Positions 17,540 through 25,479 of a stretch of 49,030 nt of DNA are shown here, in pieces (position 1 is the stretch's first letter; every line of letters begins with the position of its first letter). The stretch spans positions 1 through 49,030 of IMG/VR virus record IMGVR_UViG_3300005077_001133, one strand, 5' to 3'. This stretch comes from a virus (taxonomy: Duplodnaviria; Caudoviricetes). The notes beneath the pieces are model-generated. The model was not told the DNA's origin, searched no databases, and worked only from the letters and a program-made list of their open reading frames with translations. The position numbers and the translations under genes were made by a program.

Positions 17540-18643
17540 TTAGATAAAATTAATACCCTTAGGTTTGTTTAAATATATGTGTACAAATTCATTACATTTA
17601 TCTAAACGACAAGCACCCTGACAGTCTTTATGTACATTAAATTCCTCACGCATTTTTCGTAAAATTTCCCAATAACGGTCGGAATTAAAAATATCACGAA
17701 TTCGTTGTTCATGTACATTACCAAATTTATATTGCTGAAACTGTTTTTTATTTCCAAACATAAATCCACACGGAAACCAATCACCGTTGCCACTCATTTC
17801 AGAAATAAAAGGTACGGCTGGACAGCCTTTATATGGTCGTTTGCCTTTTTGTTGCATAACATTCCATTTTGGTACAATTTCTGTACGATCATTTGAAAGA
17901 AGTTCACATTGTTTCAGTATATTAATAGTATGCTCATTATCATACATATTAACATCAAACTGTGCCATACCTGATTCTCCACTATCTGGAAGTGAGCATT
18001 GTTTAATAACAAAATAGTCAGCCTTTACACGAACTGCAAGTTCTGATTCACGTAACATTTCTTCAGCCATAAGTGTTGGTACAAACACTGATTGTAATCC
18101 AACTTCACAATTATAGCCACCTTCATCACGAAGTTGCACAGTACGTTCGATATTTTTTACAACACGCTCGAAACAATCTACACCATGAATCTTTTTATAA
18201 CCTTCTTTTGTACCTGCACTAATACAAAATCTCATCCACTTGCATGATTTAAGAATAGAAAGAATGCGTGCATCATTATCAAGTAAAACACCATTAGTTG
18301 ATATAGCCATATCAATTCCTAATTCTGCACCTAATTCCAATGCTTCATATACAGCAGGATTGCATGTTGGTTCACCATCACCAATGAAAGCAATAGATTT
18401 AACACCAATCTCAGCTGCATCCCTAATTGCATTGAGAAGTGCATCACGTTGAATAAATGTTTTTTTCATTTCTTGGTACATTCCATAGCAAAAAACACAT
18501 TTTACGTTACAAAATTTAGCAATGCCCATATCAATATGAATAGGTGCAACTTTTTTACCTTCATCAAAATATTGACGAACTCTATTCATATGCCAAAGCA
18601 ATTTAGTATCATCCATTCGTCTTTTAACATCTACTTTATTCAT
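17540..18643 (-). CDS. Radical SAM/SPASM-domain protein (start reassigned to ATG 18643)
   Basis: CNVKCVFC, GDGEP, STNG, GDWFPC, GNV, C...C...C; GGAGG RBS before 18643. Confidence 0.9.
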   Translation of the reverse strand: MNKVDVKRRMDDTKLLWHMNRVRQYFDEGKKVAPIHIDMGIAKFCNVKCVFCYGMYQEMKKTFIQRDALLNAIRDAAEIGVKSIAFIGDGEPTCNPAVYEALELGAELGIDMAISTNGVLLDNDARILSILKSCKWMRFCISAGTKEGYKKIHGVDCFERVVKNIERTVQLRDEGGYNCEVGLQSVFVPTLMAEEMLRESELAVRVKADYFVIKQCSLPDSGESGMAQFDVNMYDNEHTINILKQCELLSNDRTEIVPKWNVMQQKGKRPYKGCPAVPFISEMSGNGDWFPCGFMFGNKKQFQQYKFGNVHEQRIRDIFNSDRYWEILRKMREEFNVHKDCQGACRLDKCNEFVHIYLNKPKGINFI

Positions 18644-20132
18644 TTTCAGCCTCCATTTGAGTACGTACACGTTGTACATCTTTATTTTTAAATTCATTAA
18701 GCCAGCGATCCAATTGTAATTTTCCTTCTTGCATTTGATCACTTACCCACAAATAATTTTTATCAAAAGCTGATTTTTGAAAAGCAGGATGCATATGTTC
18801 AATATCTACTTCTGGCACACATATGAGTAAATTAAGTTCATCCCCAAGAATACGAAGTTGATCATCAACGTATGTGTGTGTAAAAATTGGTGAAAAAAAA
18901 TAACCTAATGTTCTAACGAGTTTACCAGACGTTAAAACAGATGATGGTAGTTTTGGCGTTTTACCATATGCAAAGGCCCAACCATTTTTTTTATCAACTG
19001 CATCAATAAGTAATTGATCCCATTTAGGCGTACGAAAAATATGATCATCATTTACCTCATGATAATAATCAAGACCCTTATACTTTTCTGTACATGCATA
19101 GTTAATAACTGCTGGCATAAATTTATGCGAACCAATTTCAACTTCTACATCAACATCAACATACTGATTCATTAATGCTTTATACTCATTTAAACAAGGA
19201 TCATCATTAGAAATATAAACAAATAATTTTGTACCTTCACTGTGTGTTGTTTTAAAACTATTTACCATTTCTAAAAGACGATCGGGTCTACCGCGCGTAG
19301 AGCAAATTGATAACAATCGAGCTTTATTCATATTTATAGGCATTTTTGATGGTTTAATTTGTTTAATATAGTGTACAACATCTTGTGAAGAAGCATCTAT
19401 TATTTGTAATGGTTGCAAACCATGTTTTTTAAGAAAATGATTTATACCATTATAAATATTTGTTCTCCATTCAGAATTATTACGAATAGTTGAATTTATT
19501 TCACTACATGCAAGTTCATCTAAATAATCATAGCTATTAGCAATGTCAGCGAACCACCAAAATGGAGTCGTTAATTGTTGTTGACAAATACGAAATGTAT
19601 GTTCTACATGTTCCCATGCATTGATAAAAGATTCATCCATTAAACCTATTCTTTTTAAGCACTCTTGTGTATAGAATGAAAAAGCACCCACACAATGTTT
19701 ATTTAAAGACATTTTTGTGTTTGCTTCTTTGTATGATAATATCAATCGAGGAGATGGTTTCTTATCAGGAGTTTTATTTGCTGGACCATGATAACCAAAA
19801 TTAAAATGATGAATATTAGTTATTTTGTGTAAATTAATATATTTTTGAAATATATTATTATCTTTTATAATAATATCATCTTCTTGTAAGAAAATATAAT
19901 CACAATTTTGTTCAAGCATGTATCTTAGAGCATCATTTTTACTTTTTGCTACACCTTGGTTCTTTTCATGTTGAATCACGTGAGTGTTGGGTGGAAGGTA
20001 ATCCATGTTTTCATAAGGGGTACCATCATTAACAATACAAAAAATATCAATTTTAGTTTTATCAATGGATTCAATTACTTTACGAAAAAAGTCTGGTCGC
20101 ATATAGGTAATTACACCTAAACCAATTTTCAT
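18636..20132 (-). CDS. Two-domain glycosyltransferase (GT2 plus second GT-A domain)
   Basis: ITY.R, VNDG, N.GVAKSKN, QEDD, GLMDE.F..WEH; second domain TRGRP..NDDP..NDD..EHMHP. Confidence 0.88.
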   Translation of the reverse strand: MKIGLGVITYMRPDFFRKVIESIDKTKIDIFCIVNDGTPYENMDYLPPNTHVIQHEKNQGVAKSKNDALRYMLEQNCDYIFLQEDDIIIKDNNIFQKYINLHKITNIHHFNFGYHGPANKTPDKKPSPRLILSYKEANTKMSLNKHCVGAFSFYTQECLKRIGLMDESFINAWEHVEHTFRICQQQLTTPFWWFADIANSYDYLDELACSEINSTIRNNSEWRTNIYNGINHFLKKHGLQPLQIIDASSQDVVHYIKQIKPSKMPINMNKARLLSICSTRGRPDRLLEMVNSFKTTHSEGTKLFVYISNDDPCLNEYKALMNQYVDVDVEVEIGSHKFMPAVINYACTEKYKGLDYYHEVNDDHIFRTPKWDQLLIDAVDKKNGWAFAYGKTPKLPSSVLTSGKLVRTLGYFFSPIFTHTYVDDQLRILGDELNLLICVPEVDIEHMHPAFQKSAFDKNYLWVSDQMQEGKLQLDRWLNEFKNKDVQRVRTQMEAENE

Positions 20133-20218
20133 ACAAACTCCTTTTTCAATTTCAATTAACTATAAAATACAACTCAATGAGTCAACTTTTCAACATTAAT
20201 TATTATGAATAATCTTAT

Positions 20219-20275
20219 GTGACTGCTCCCACGGCTAAAGCCGTGGGCTTTCCCGCTCACTTACGTGGAAAATAT
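20219..20275 (-). mobile_element. IS200/IS605-type terminal hairpin remnant without tnpA or tnpB
   Basis: GC-rich island in AT-rich DNA; minus strand AAGCCCACGGCTTTAGCCGTGGGAGCAGTCAC; hairpin 20228-20247. Confidence 0.75.
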
Positions 20276-20346
20276 TTATTCAGTTCATTAAGTTGTTGAC
20301 CTTCTTCTTTCATAAATCGTTGCGCATGTTTGGCTATGTCGTTCAT
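20257..20346 (-). pseudogene. 29-aa ORF probably truncated by the IS remnant (MNDIAKHAQRFMKEEGQQLNELNKYFPRK*)
   Basis: GAGGA RBS; stop codon lies inside the GC-rich element. Confidence 0.55.
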
Positions 20347-20356
20347 TACTTCCTCT

Positions 20357-20959
20357 TTATACAGATTTAATTTCACTTTGTAAGCGAATAAAATCTCTCT
20401 TGTTTAAATTAACAGTTAAGTCTTGAAAAGTGCCAAAATCATTATTTTTAAGTGATTCACGAACACGTGTTGCAGAAATGTTTTCTTTTGAAGACATGTC
20501 TCGCTTAATTTCCTCAACTTTAATATCTATATCAAGCTCTTCTTTATATCTATCAACTTGAGATTGATAACCTTTTACTCTATCAGAACCACAAAAAATA
20601 GCCTCTATTTCAAAATTTTTATTTCTTGTTCTATCAATAAATTCACCTATAAATGCTGATGGAACTTCTTCAACATATTTAATGTTAGCACTTTTTTCAA
20701 TCATTTCTTGTTGAATTTTAAATGAGAATGGATTTTTTTCTTTGTCTTGAGAACTTTTTTCACCACGTACAGTAAAAACAAATGGTTCAGCACCTGGATA
20801 TTTTTTCTGCATTTCTTTGATAATGCCAACATGTGCTTTAGTAATCGGTTGAAATCTTCCCATAAACACAACTGCTGGCTTTTCACCCCTTTTTTTATTG
20901 ACATCTTTAAGATGAGTTCCAGCTTCATTGAGTTTTAAAAATATTTTAAAACGTCCCAT
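20357..20959 (-). CDS. HxGH-superfamily cytidylyl/nucleotidyltransferase-like protein of T4-like phages
   Basis: GRFQPITKAH, KNPF, GSDR, ISATRVR. Confidence 0.85.
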   Translation of the reverse strand: MGRFKIFLKLNEAGTHLKDVNKKRGEKPAVVFMGRFQPITKAHVGIIKEMQKKYPGAEPFVFTVRGEKSSQDKEKNPFSFKIQQEMIEKSANIKYVEEVPSAFIGEFIDRTRNKNFEIEAIFCGSDRVKGYQSQVDRYKEELDIDIKVEEIKRDMSSKENISATRVRESLKNNDFGTFQDLTVNLNKRDFIRLQSEIKSV

Positions 20960-20970
20960 AAAATCTCCTG

Positions 20971-21777
20971 TTATAATTGGCCAAATAAAGTTTTTACAGC
21001 AAACATTTTATTGCTGATATTACGTGAATATTTACCATCACCCAACCACGTAACTGGTTTTTCCAATATTTTTTCAACTTGCTTTTTATCATGAAAATAT
21101 GAAATACCTTTATTGTGCAAAATATCCTCAACTTTATGAGATGCTTCAATAAACCATCTTTTAGATTTTAACAGTTGGAATAATTTATCTAACAACACTC
21201 TTTTTGATTCTTTATTGTTGTCAGAACCAAGTAAAACTATTTTATTTCCAGCTGGAATATTTTTAACGATAATAAAAGCATCTGGTTCAACATCATCATC
21301 AATATCTATTAATTTAACAATTCTGTATTTTGATTTCAAATGTTGTATATCATTAAGTGTTAATCCAATTTGTTTATAAGTTATTTCATAAAGTGACCAA
21401 AGTTTTTCAATTAATTCATCGTCCATATCATTCATATCAACATCAACCCATTGTTTTTTTGGTAAATCTTGGGCTGTTATTTTTTCTAAAAAAGTTATAA
21501 ATTTACCCATATTATTTTCTTTGATTAAAAAATCTATTGAATATTTACCAACAGCACAATTGAATGCTTGTATAACTTTTTCTTCGTCGTTACCTACCTT
21601 AGCAACAATATCATCATAAACTTTGCGAAAATTGTGCTTAGTAACATCAAAACCGAGTTCCTTCACATAAGCGAGGCACTTTTCATAACTCTCGTCAAGC
21701 TGTTCATCTGCAGGAACTTTAGGATACCCCTCTTGCTCTTGTAAATATTGCTTAATTAGTTGTGCTATTCTGTTCAT
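20971..21777 (-). CDS. Hypothetical protein, possible fusion of two internal-head-type ORFs
   Basis: GAGG RBS; internal ATG 21510 begins MGKFITFLE. Confidence 0.7.
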   Translation of the reverse strand: MNRIAQLIKQYLQEQEGYPKVPADEQLDESYEKCLAYVKELGFDVTKHNFRKVYDDIVAKVGNDEEKVIQAFNCAVGKYSIDFLIKENNMGKFITFLEKITAQDLPKKQWVDVDMNDMDDELIEKLWSLYEITYKQIGLTLNDIQHLKSKYRIVKLIDIDDDVEPDAFIIVKNIPAGNKIVLLGSDNNKESKRVLLDKLFQLLKSKRWFIEASHKVEDILHNKGISYFHDKKQVEKILEKPVTWLGDGKYSRNISNKMFAVKTLFGQL

Positions 21778-21785
21778 TGGTCCTC

Positions 21786-22316
21786 CTAAGAAACACTTTT
21801 GGCAAAATCAATTGCCATTTGTTTTGCATCTTCTATTGTTTTTGCTGTCCATGATCCTTTACCCCATTTTTTTGGATAGGGCTCAAATATTTTTATAGTA
21901 GATATATTTTTATTACCATTTGTATATATGTTATAATCAACCCAAACACCTTTTTCATCATCATTCATACCTTCTTTAATCTTCACATTATGATACAATA
22001 ATGTATTTTCATACCAATACTTCAATTGTTCACGAAATTCTTTTATATTTGATGGCATGAAATGACAATCGCCCAGCTTGCAAGTACTACCTATTCCGAA
22101 ACCATTACAAGCTCTGTGTGACCATCCGTACCATTTTTGTTCCTTTTCATTGAAACCAATGGAATAAACACTATGATCTGGAGAGATTTTTTCGAAATGT
22201 GTAATTCCATATTTTTGTTTTAACCTATCATTCATAGATTTCACACCTTCTTGTAACGTAATAAAGTCACAATAGGTGCGAAATCTTAAAGGTAATGATT
22301 GTTTTATTAATTTCAT
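21786..22316 (-). CDS. Hypothetical phage protein
   Basis: Packed ORF; SIGF..KWYGWSHRA..GFGIG motif. Confidence 0.75.
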   Translation of the reverse strand: MKLIKQSLPLRFRTYCDFITLQEGVKSMNDRLKQKYGITHFEKISPDHSVYSIGFNEKEQKWYGWSHRACNGFGIGSTCKLGDCHFMPSNIKEFREQLKYWYENTLLYHNVKIKEGMNDDEKGVWVDYNIYTNGNKNISTIKIFEPYPKKWGKGSWTAKTIEDAKQMAIDFAKSVS

Positions 22317-22317
22317 G

Positions 22318-22716
22318 TTAAAATTTTTTCTTACGACGTATAACGTTCATAAGTTCTTTTAGAGAAACATCATATCTTTGTGATATTTGTTCCAATACTT
22401 TTAGAGCTACTTTAGCTGCTTCATCTTCATTTGATCTACTACCAAAAACTCCCTCATTAACATTAAATTTAACCCAAAAATCTTTTAATTCATTTTCAGC
22501 CTCTTCTGAGGCTCGGAGTAGTCCTCCACATTCTGAAATAGAATGTTTCCAAATACTTGATGTTTTATCAACGAGAAACAACTCCTTTTCACCAATCTCA
22601 CGTTTACAATGTGGACATTCTTCATACGTTTCTTGAATCGTACGAACACGACGTACGATACGTGGAAAATTTTCCATTTGGTCATTTTCAACTAAAAATT
22701 GAATAAAACTACCCAT
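22318..22716 (-). CDS. Hypothetical protein with zinc-ribbon-like motif; probable internal head protein
   Basis: MGSFIQFLVE start; CPHC...H....CG. Confidence 0.75.
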   Translation of the reverse strand: MGSFIQFLVENDQMENFPRIVRRVRTIQETYEECPHCKREIGEKELFLVDKTSSIWKHSISECGGLLRASEEAENELKDFWVKFNVNEGVFGSRSNEDEAAKVALKVLEQISQRYDVSLKELMNVIRRKKKF

Positions 22717-23078
22717 TATATACCTCTCTTTAATATTTCAAGTCGCATTTTTTGTTTTGACCCCATCATACCTTTAAATATATGGTTATAATTACCTTGA
22801 TGTTTACGTGAAATAATATTAAATTGTTTATTTTCATACATTATAGAATATTTACAGAGCCATTTAGCACGTTGACTAATTGACCATTTTGCAAAAGCCC
22901 CCTGTGTTTTTTCAATCACTATTTGTTTTAATTGATTCAATATTTCTTTTTCATCTTTAGTAAATTTATTAAAATCAATATACATCTCTGGTTGGACGTA
23001 AAATGCATAATCATCTTCAATTATATTTGTCAACAGAGACTCATTTAAAATTACATTTGTTTTCATCATGATGTCCAC
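22716..23078 (-). CDS. Hypothetical protein
   Basis: ORF coupled (TAATG) to the next gene. Confidence 0.65.
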   Translation of the reverse strand: MDIMMKTNVILNESLLTNIIEDDYAFYVQPEMYIDFNKFTKDEKEILNQLKQIVIEKTQGAFAKWSISQRAKWLCKYSIMYENKQFNIISRKHQGNYNHIFKGMMGSKQKMRLEILKRGI

Positions 23079-23094
23079 TTTTTAAGGTAAATTA

Positions 23095-24636
23095 CTATAT
23101 TTGTAGCAGGTATTTTAATTGACCACAATCATAAACACGAATATAACCTTTTTCAACCATAATTTGTTGTTCAGTTAAATTTGCATTGTGACCCTTCTGT
23201 AGTAATTTATGTTTTGAAAAATTATACCTGTGAAATTTTTTATTATTTTTTACATAAAAATAACCCGGTTCAGATATATTTATAATTCTACCTTTATTCA
23301 TTTTATAAACATTTTGATTTAGTGTTGTCCAACATCTATCAGCATAACTAATTAATTCTGTAATTTTATTTTGTTTGCAACAGAAATTCATTAATTTTGC
23401 TAAACCACCAACAACCGACCAATTTAATTTTGAGGCATAACGAACAAGTTCCCACTCTTTTATATTAACACATTTACGAGATTTACCGACTAATATTGCC
23501 GCAAACAATTCATCTTTATAAAATAAACCATAGCGAATAGATGTTGGAACATAACCTTGTAAGTGATTGGTGTCAAAAAATTCACGAGCTTGCTTAGCAG
23601 TAATTTCTTTAATGTTGCATTTTCTGGCACCAATACTTTTATTTTGATGTATTAAATGTCTAAGACGACTTTGAATTATTTCAGGCTTTGACAACCAATC
23701 TACATCCCATATATGAATTAAATGAATGTTTTGATTTTCACATTGTATAGTTTTACGCAAATGATAGCGTTTATCAATTCGATTGTGTTTATCACAATGC
23801 CAATACGTTCCATTATACTCAATTGCTAAACGATATTCTGGCAAATATATGTCTAATTCATGACCAGATAATAAAGTTCTATTTGTAGTTTCTACATTTG
23901 TATATGTTTTTAAAAAGTCAACTATTTGTTGTTCACCCTTTGAGGTTGTTGTATTTATCCCACATTGTGGACAACCAATACCTTGAATATGATCATTTGG
24001 TCGCTGTGAAAAAATGCCGTGAATTAAACATTTGATATTAACTTTAGTGTGAGAATTTTTATATTCAACTTTTGAATAATCATATTTATTTTGATGAACT
24101 TGATTAGCTTTTGTTTTGAAAGATAAAAAATCATCTCTATTCTTTTCATAATAACACAACTTACAACCACTACCACGTAAATGATCACTACAAAATTGTT
24201 CAAACCAACCATGAATGGGACACCAAATCCGGATTTTTTGTTTTAATGTTTTGTACGTAGTTAAATCATATTGATATTTATTCTGGTGAATTTTATGTGC
24301 TTTAACAACAAAATTTTGAAAACGTTGTTGACGCTGTTGTTCTTTTTGTTGCTCAGATTGTTTTATAAAACGTTTGGTTGGTTGGGAAATTAACCCACAA
24401 TCAATTCTTTTTTTCTGTTTAATGTGGTGAATTTTTTGTCCAGCTTGTAACCGTCCACAAATTGGACAACCAGCTTTTCCAGTTATGTGATTAACTGGTG
24501 TTTGCCAAAATTCTCCATGTTCAGGACAAATTATACAAACTTTAGTGTGAGAATTTTTATATTCAACTTTTGAGTAATTGTATTTTTTGTGAAGTAAAAT
24601 ACCTCGTTCAATAAAACAAGTAGACTGATCATTCAT
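23095..24636 (-). CDS. Homing-endonuclease-like protein: three zinc-binding repeats, PD-(D/E)XK-type nuclease and a conserved C-terminal domain
   Basis: Y..V.Y....KV.I.C..HG.F.Q...H..G.GC..C x3; SKGE...ELDIY....LAIEYNG.YWH; GARKC...NHLQG...ISYADR...RVYDCG. Confidence 0.85.
   Translation of the reverse strand: MNDQSTCFIERGILLHKKYNYSKVEYKNSHTKVCIICPEHGEFWQTPVNHITGKAGCPICGRLQAGQKIHHIKQKKRIDCGLISQPTKRFIKQSEQQKEQQRQQRFQNFVVKAHKIHQNKYQYDLTTYKTLKQKIRIWCPIHGWFEQFCSDHLRGSGCKLCYYEKNRDDFLSFKTKANQVHQNKYDYSKVEYKNSHTKVNIKCLIHGIFSQRPNDHIQGIGCPQCGINTTTSKGEQQIVDFLKTYTNVETTNRTLLSGHELDIYLPEYRLAIEYNGTYWHCDKHNRIDKRYHLRKTIQCENQNIHLIHIWDVDWLSKPEIIQSRLRHLIHQNKSIGARKCNIKEITAKQAREFFDTNHLQGYVPTSIRYGLFYKDELFAAILVGKSRKCVNIKEWELVRYASKLNWSVVGGLAKLMNFCCKQNKITELISYADRCWTTLNQNVYKMNKGRIINISEPGYFYVKNNKKFHRYNFSKHKLLQKGHNANLTEQQIMVEKGYIRVYDCGQLKYLLQI
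24040..24573. repeat. 36-bp exact direct repeat (24040-24075 and 24538-24573) encoding SKVEYKNSHTKV
   Basis: AACTTTAGTGTGAGAATTTTTATATTCAACTTTTGA present twice. Confidence 0.9.
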
Positions 24637-24668
24637 TGTGTTTCTCCTGTAAGATTTTTAGTAAAATA

Positions 24669-24732
24669 TAAATTAGAAAGTAATTTGTATACAGGTACAA
24701 AAACTGTTGCAACAGCTGTCCTTTCTAATTTA
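24669..24732 (-). ncRNA. Candidate structured RNA leader (12-bp closing stem enclosing two hairpins)
   Basis: TAAATTAGAAAG/CTTTCTAATTTA arms; inner TTTGTA..TACAAA and CTGTTGCAACAG. Confidence 0.5.
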
Positions 24733-24740
24733 AAAATAAA

Positions 24741-25313
24741 TTATGTCGTCCAAGATCTTTTCATAATACTACGTTGGCGCTTTTTTTGAATCATACTCAT
24801 TTTACCTTTACGTTTACGAGCAGCTTTAATCGAAGCACGTTTTCTTTTCATAATTTCCTGTGCTGCCATCCGGACTTCCTTACCATGTTTTATCTTATAA
24901 CCTGGTTTACTACTTTTTCTCTTAATTAAAATCTGACCACCACGAACAACACGTTTACGTACAACAGATTCATCTACATCAGTTGCATCATCTTCATCAA
25001 TTGGTTCCTCTTCTTCGTCATAATATTCATCAATTGTGTTCCAATCAATGTCTTTGTTATCAGGAATTGTTTCATCACTTTCTTTTAATGCAAAAAGACT
25101 TTTTGGAATTTTTTTGATCATATCAATAATCTTTTTCATATTATTTTTAACAAAAACATCCTTCTGTTTTTCAATCCACAAAATAGCTTCCTTTGCATTT
25201 TCACTTTGAGAAATAGCTTGATCAACCCAACTTTCCACTGTGCCTGATTCACAAAGTATCTTATGCTCTACTAAATATCTTTGTAAGTTACGTAACATTT
25301 TTTTGTCCCTCAT
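24741..25313 (-). CDS. Prohead core protein-like (T4 gp68-like basic C-terminus)
   Basis: Acidic middle, then VRKRVVRGG...KRKRASIKAARKRK...RQRSIMKR. Confidence 0.65.
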   Translation of the reverse strand: MRDKKMLRNLQRYLVEHKILCESGTVESWVDQAISQSENAKEAILWIEKQKDVFVKNNMKKIIDMIKKIPKSLFALKESDETIPDNKDIDWNTIDEYYDEEEEPIDEDDATDVDESVVRKRVVRGGQILIKRKSSKPGYKIKHGKEVRMAAQEIMKRKRASIKAARKRKGKMSMIQKKRQRSIMKRSWTT

Positions 25314-25462
25314 TAAAAATTTAATTCTTTTGGTTCATCACCATCTATATTTTCTTCTCCATTCCCATCCCAATATTCAAAACCAGTTGTACCAATTGTA
25401 TCTGCGAGGTCATCAAGATCAAATTCATCATCATTTATATATGTATTGTCAAAATTAATCAT
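25313..25462 (-). CDS. Very acidic 49-aa peptide (MINFDNTYINDDEFDLDDLAD...EPKELNF)
   Basis: Manual translation; AGGTG RBS; TAATG coupling to the next gene. Confidence 0.75.
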   Translation of the reverse strand: MINFDNTYINDDEFDLDDLADTIGTTGFEYWDGNGEENIDGDEPKELNF

Positions 25463-25479
25463 ATTTCACCTATTATTTT

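Noticed and set aside
6374-20132. Bacterial O-antigen or capsule locus (host contamination)
   Set aside because: No membrane or export genes, similar AT-richness and strand as the flanks, and phage head-type genes on both sides
6374-20132. DNA hypermodification cluster as the primary interpretation
   Set aside because: No hydroxymethylase, thymidylate-synthase-like, TET/JBP, aGPT-Pplase or 7-deazaguanine genes seen in the window; not excluded, only ranked lower
20155-20195. Sigma70 promoter for the glycan cluster (TTGACT...TATAGT on the minus strand)
   Set aside because: Spacer is only 15 nt and it lacks the TATATTATTA signature of the four early promoters; too weak to call
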